A DNA stretch of 64,000 nucleotides from Klebsormidium nitens (taxonomy: Eukaryota; Plantae; Klebsormidiophyceae): contig DF237009.1 in assembly GCA_000708835.1 (NCBI GenBank), positions 124,001-188,000 on the forward strand. Reading direction: 5' to 3'. The notes under the pieces were generated by a model, which saw only the letters and a program-made list of their open reading frames with translations, was not told the DNA's origin and made no database searches. Positions 62,601-64,000 of this stretch are shown here, one piece after another. The translations under genes were made by a program, and so were the position numbers. Every line of letters starts with the position of its first letter. Within the stretch, counting starts at the first letter, position 1.

Positions 62601-64000
62601 GAGCCGCTAACGCTCTGTGGAGACGCGCCAAAGTCATTCCGTCATTTTACAACACTTCCTCACTCTTCAATCTGTTTCGTTTGACCTCTTTTTCTTATAT
62701 ATGCCTGCAAATCCATATCCTTCTGACCTCTTCTCTTATTCCTCCTAACCCGTATCCCTTTTTAACCCTGTCATTCGCAGTCACGAGCCGTTCCCGCCTC
62801 GCCAAGACTGGCCAGAAACACTTCTTCTTTTTACCATTCCCTCATCGTTCTTTCGACCCCTTTTCCTTCCAACGATATCACTCCCGTGTCAACATACTGG
62901 GTTTCATTTATAGTCACGAGCCGCTCCCGCCTCGCCGAGACTCGCCAGAAGCAGTCGTCCGTGAGCGAGGCCCTCAGCCGGAGCCTCGCGGAAGAGCAGG
63001 CGAAAGCAGCGGTGCAGCTCCGGAAGCGGTGCGAAGCCGCGGAAGAGAAGCAACTAGAGGCGGAGCAAAAGCTCGCGGCCGCGCTGCGCGCGATCGAGGA
63101 ACTGCGGGCGCGACCGGAGGAAGCGCGAGGGGGCGGAGGCGGAACCGGAAGCGGGAGCGGAACCGGAACTGGGGCTAGAAACGGGAGCGGAAGCGGAAGC
63201 CCACATGGAGGCGGCAGCGGAAACGGAAGCGCAAGCGGAAGCGCAAGCGGAAACGGAAGCGGAGTCCGGCCGGAACTTGGACGGTCGAACGGCGTGGCGG
63301 AAGTGGGGACAACTAGTGCGGGGGGAAAAGAGAACGCGGGAGGCGGAGCTGAGTCCAATTTTCAGATTGGGGTGGGGAAAAAGAATGCGGTGGGCGCGAG
63401 CAGGCTGCGGCCCGCGAGTGCGCACCCCCGTCTGCAGGTGACGCTTCCGCCGGAAGTGGAGGCGAACGGAACGGAACGGGAGCGGCAGGCGGATAATCCA
63501 AGGGAAGCTGAACGTGCGAAAGAGGTAAGAGTACTGGGGCTACGAAGCTGAGACGGCGCCAAGCGACCGGGCCAAAGTGCTTTTTTCCAATCGAGAAGTT
63601 CAGAAGTAGAGCGGGAACAATCGTCTCAACAGCCAGCTTGTTAAACCTTAACACATCGCTGCCTCAGATTGAAGAATCTTGCAGACAGCATTTGGCAGAG
63701 AAGAGCTCAGAATAAGAACGGATCACATTCTCGTTCCGGTGATTGGCTGGCAATCAAAGTCTGATTCAGGATCTGGGATCTTAAGTTGAACCGACTCGCC
63801 TCGAAAATTCAAATCTAAAAGAACAACGCTTCGAGAGTCGCTTCCCTTTGGCCGTTTCGCAGATCGCGGAGATCGTCACATCCGACGTCGTAATCCTTGA
63901 TTTGACATCTTTTTTTAAACGCATGTTTTCCGTTCCGTTCCGCAGCCTTGTCCAACGGAACGAGCGGACCTGGCCATCAAGCTGCTGGAGGCGCAGCAGT
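59689..64000 (+). CDS. Coiled-coil protein of unknown function with a Gly/Ser-rich linker; 3' end lies outside the window
   Basis: Exons 59689-59976, 61045-61173 or 61200 (two phase-0 donors), 61594-61759, 62914-63524, 63946->64000, with consistent phases. E/R/L/A-rich heptad segments, an S/R-rich N-terminus, and GGTGSGSGTGTG..GNGSASGSASGNGSG at about 63130-63270. Confidence 0.8.
61836..62085 (+). repeat. Two intronic copies of the 3' end and donor of coiled-coil exon 3
   Basis: gcgctggtcgaccggaacaggctccggggagaactgcaggcgttgcaagagatccggatcag|GTAAGT (61836-61899) and gagaggctccggaaggagctgcagg...gtcggctcgg|gtgcat (about 62025-62081), versus the real ...gtcggctcag|GTGGGT (61759). Confidence 0.92.
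62415..62913 (+). repeat. Three intronic copies of the acceptor and 5' end of coiled-coil exon 4
   Basis: CGCAG|tcacgagc (62426), CGCAG|tcacgagtcgctctcgcctgggcgaaactcgccagaagcag (62475) and CGCAG|tcacgagccgttcccgcctcgccaagactggccag (62781), versus the real TATAG|tcacgagccgctcccgcctcgccgagactcgccagaagcag (62914). Confidence 0.92.

Overview
Intron-rich eukaryotic nuclear DNA. The ORF track is largely misleading because the genes are split by GT-AG introns, so I rebuilt gene models by hand from splice sites and reading-frame continuity. The gene set combines plant-type nuclear genes for plastid/mitochondrial proteins (FKBP16-3, PSRP4/bTHX, a twin-GST_N thioredoxin-fold protein, LpxK) with a cilium-associated gene (EFCAB10-like). 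This points to a streptophyte alga or other flagellate-stage green lineage; Klebsormidium-like is my inference. Genes, left to right: partial membrane protein (-), unknown 446-aa secreted protein (-), GT32 alpha-1,4-glycosyltransferase (-), EFCAB10-like (-), possible orphan two-exon fragment (+), FKBP16-3 (+), glycine-rich protein (-), YIF1 (+), LpxK (-), DUF1761 (+), DENR (-), Pelota (+), GGCT/AIG2-like (+), PSRP4 (-), twin GST_N protein (+), intronless F-box/LRR (-), and a coiled-coil protein running off the end (+). The strongest unexplained signal is a recurring architecture I call 'exon-edge echoes'. In 6 genes (about 10 loci), introns hold 1-3 diverged tandem copies of a splice site plus the adjacent 20-90 nt of exon. 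Several keep intact, or better-than-real, AG/GT signals, and some differ mainly at synonymous positions. A small TIR element with dispersed relatives is also present. No rRNA, tRNA or CRISPR was recognised. All homology calls come from recalled family motifs, not from database searches.
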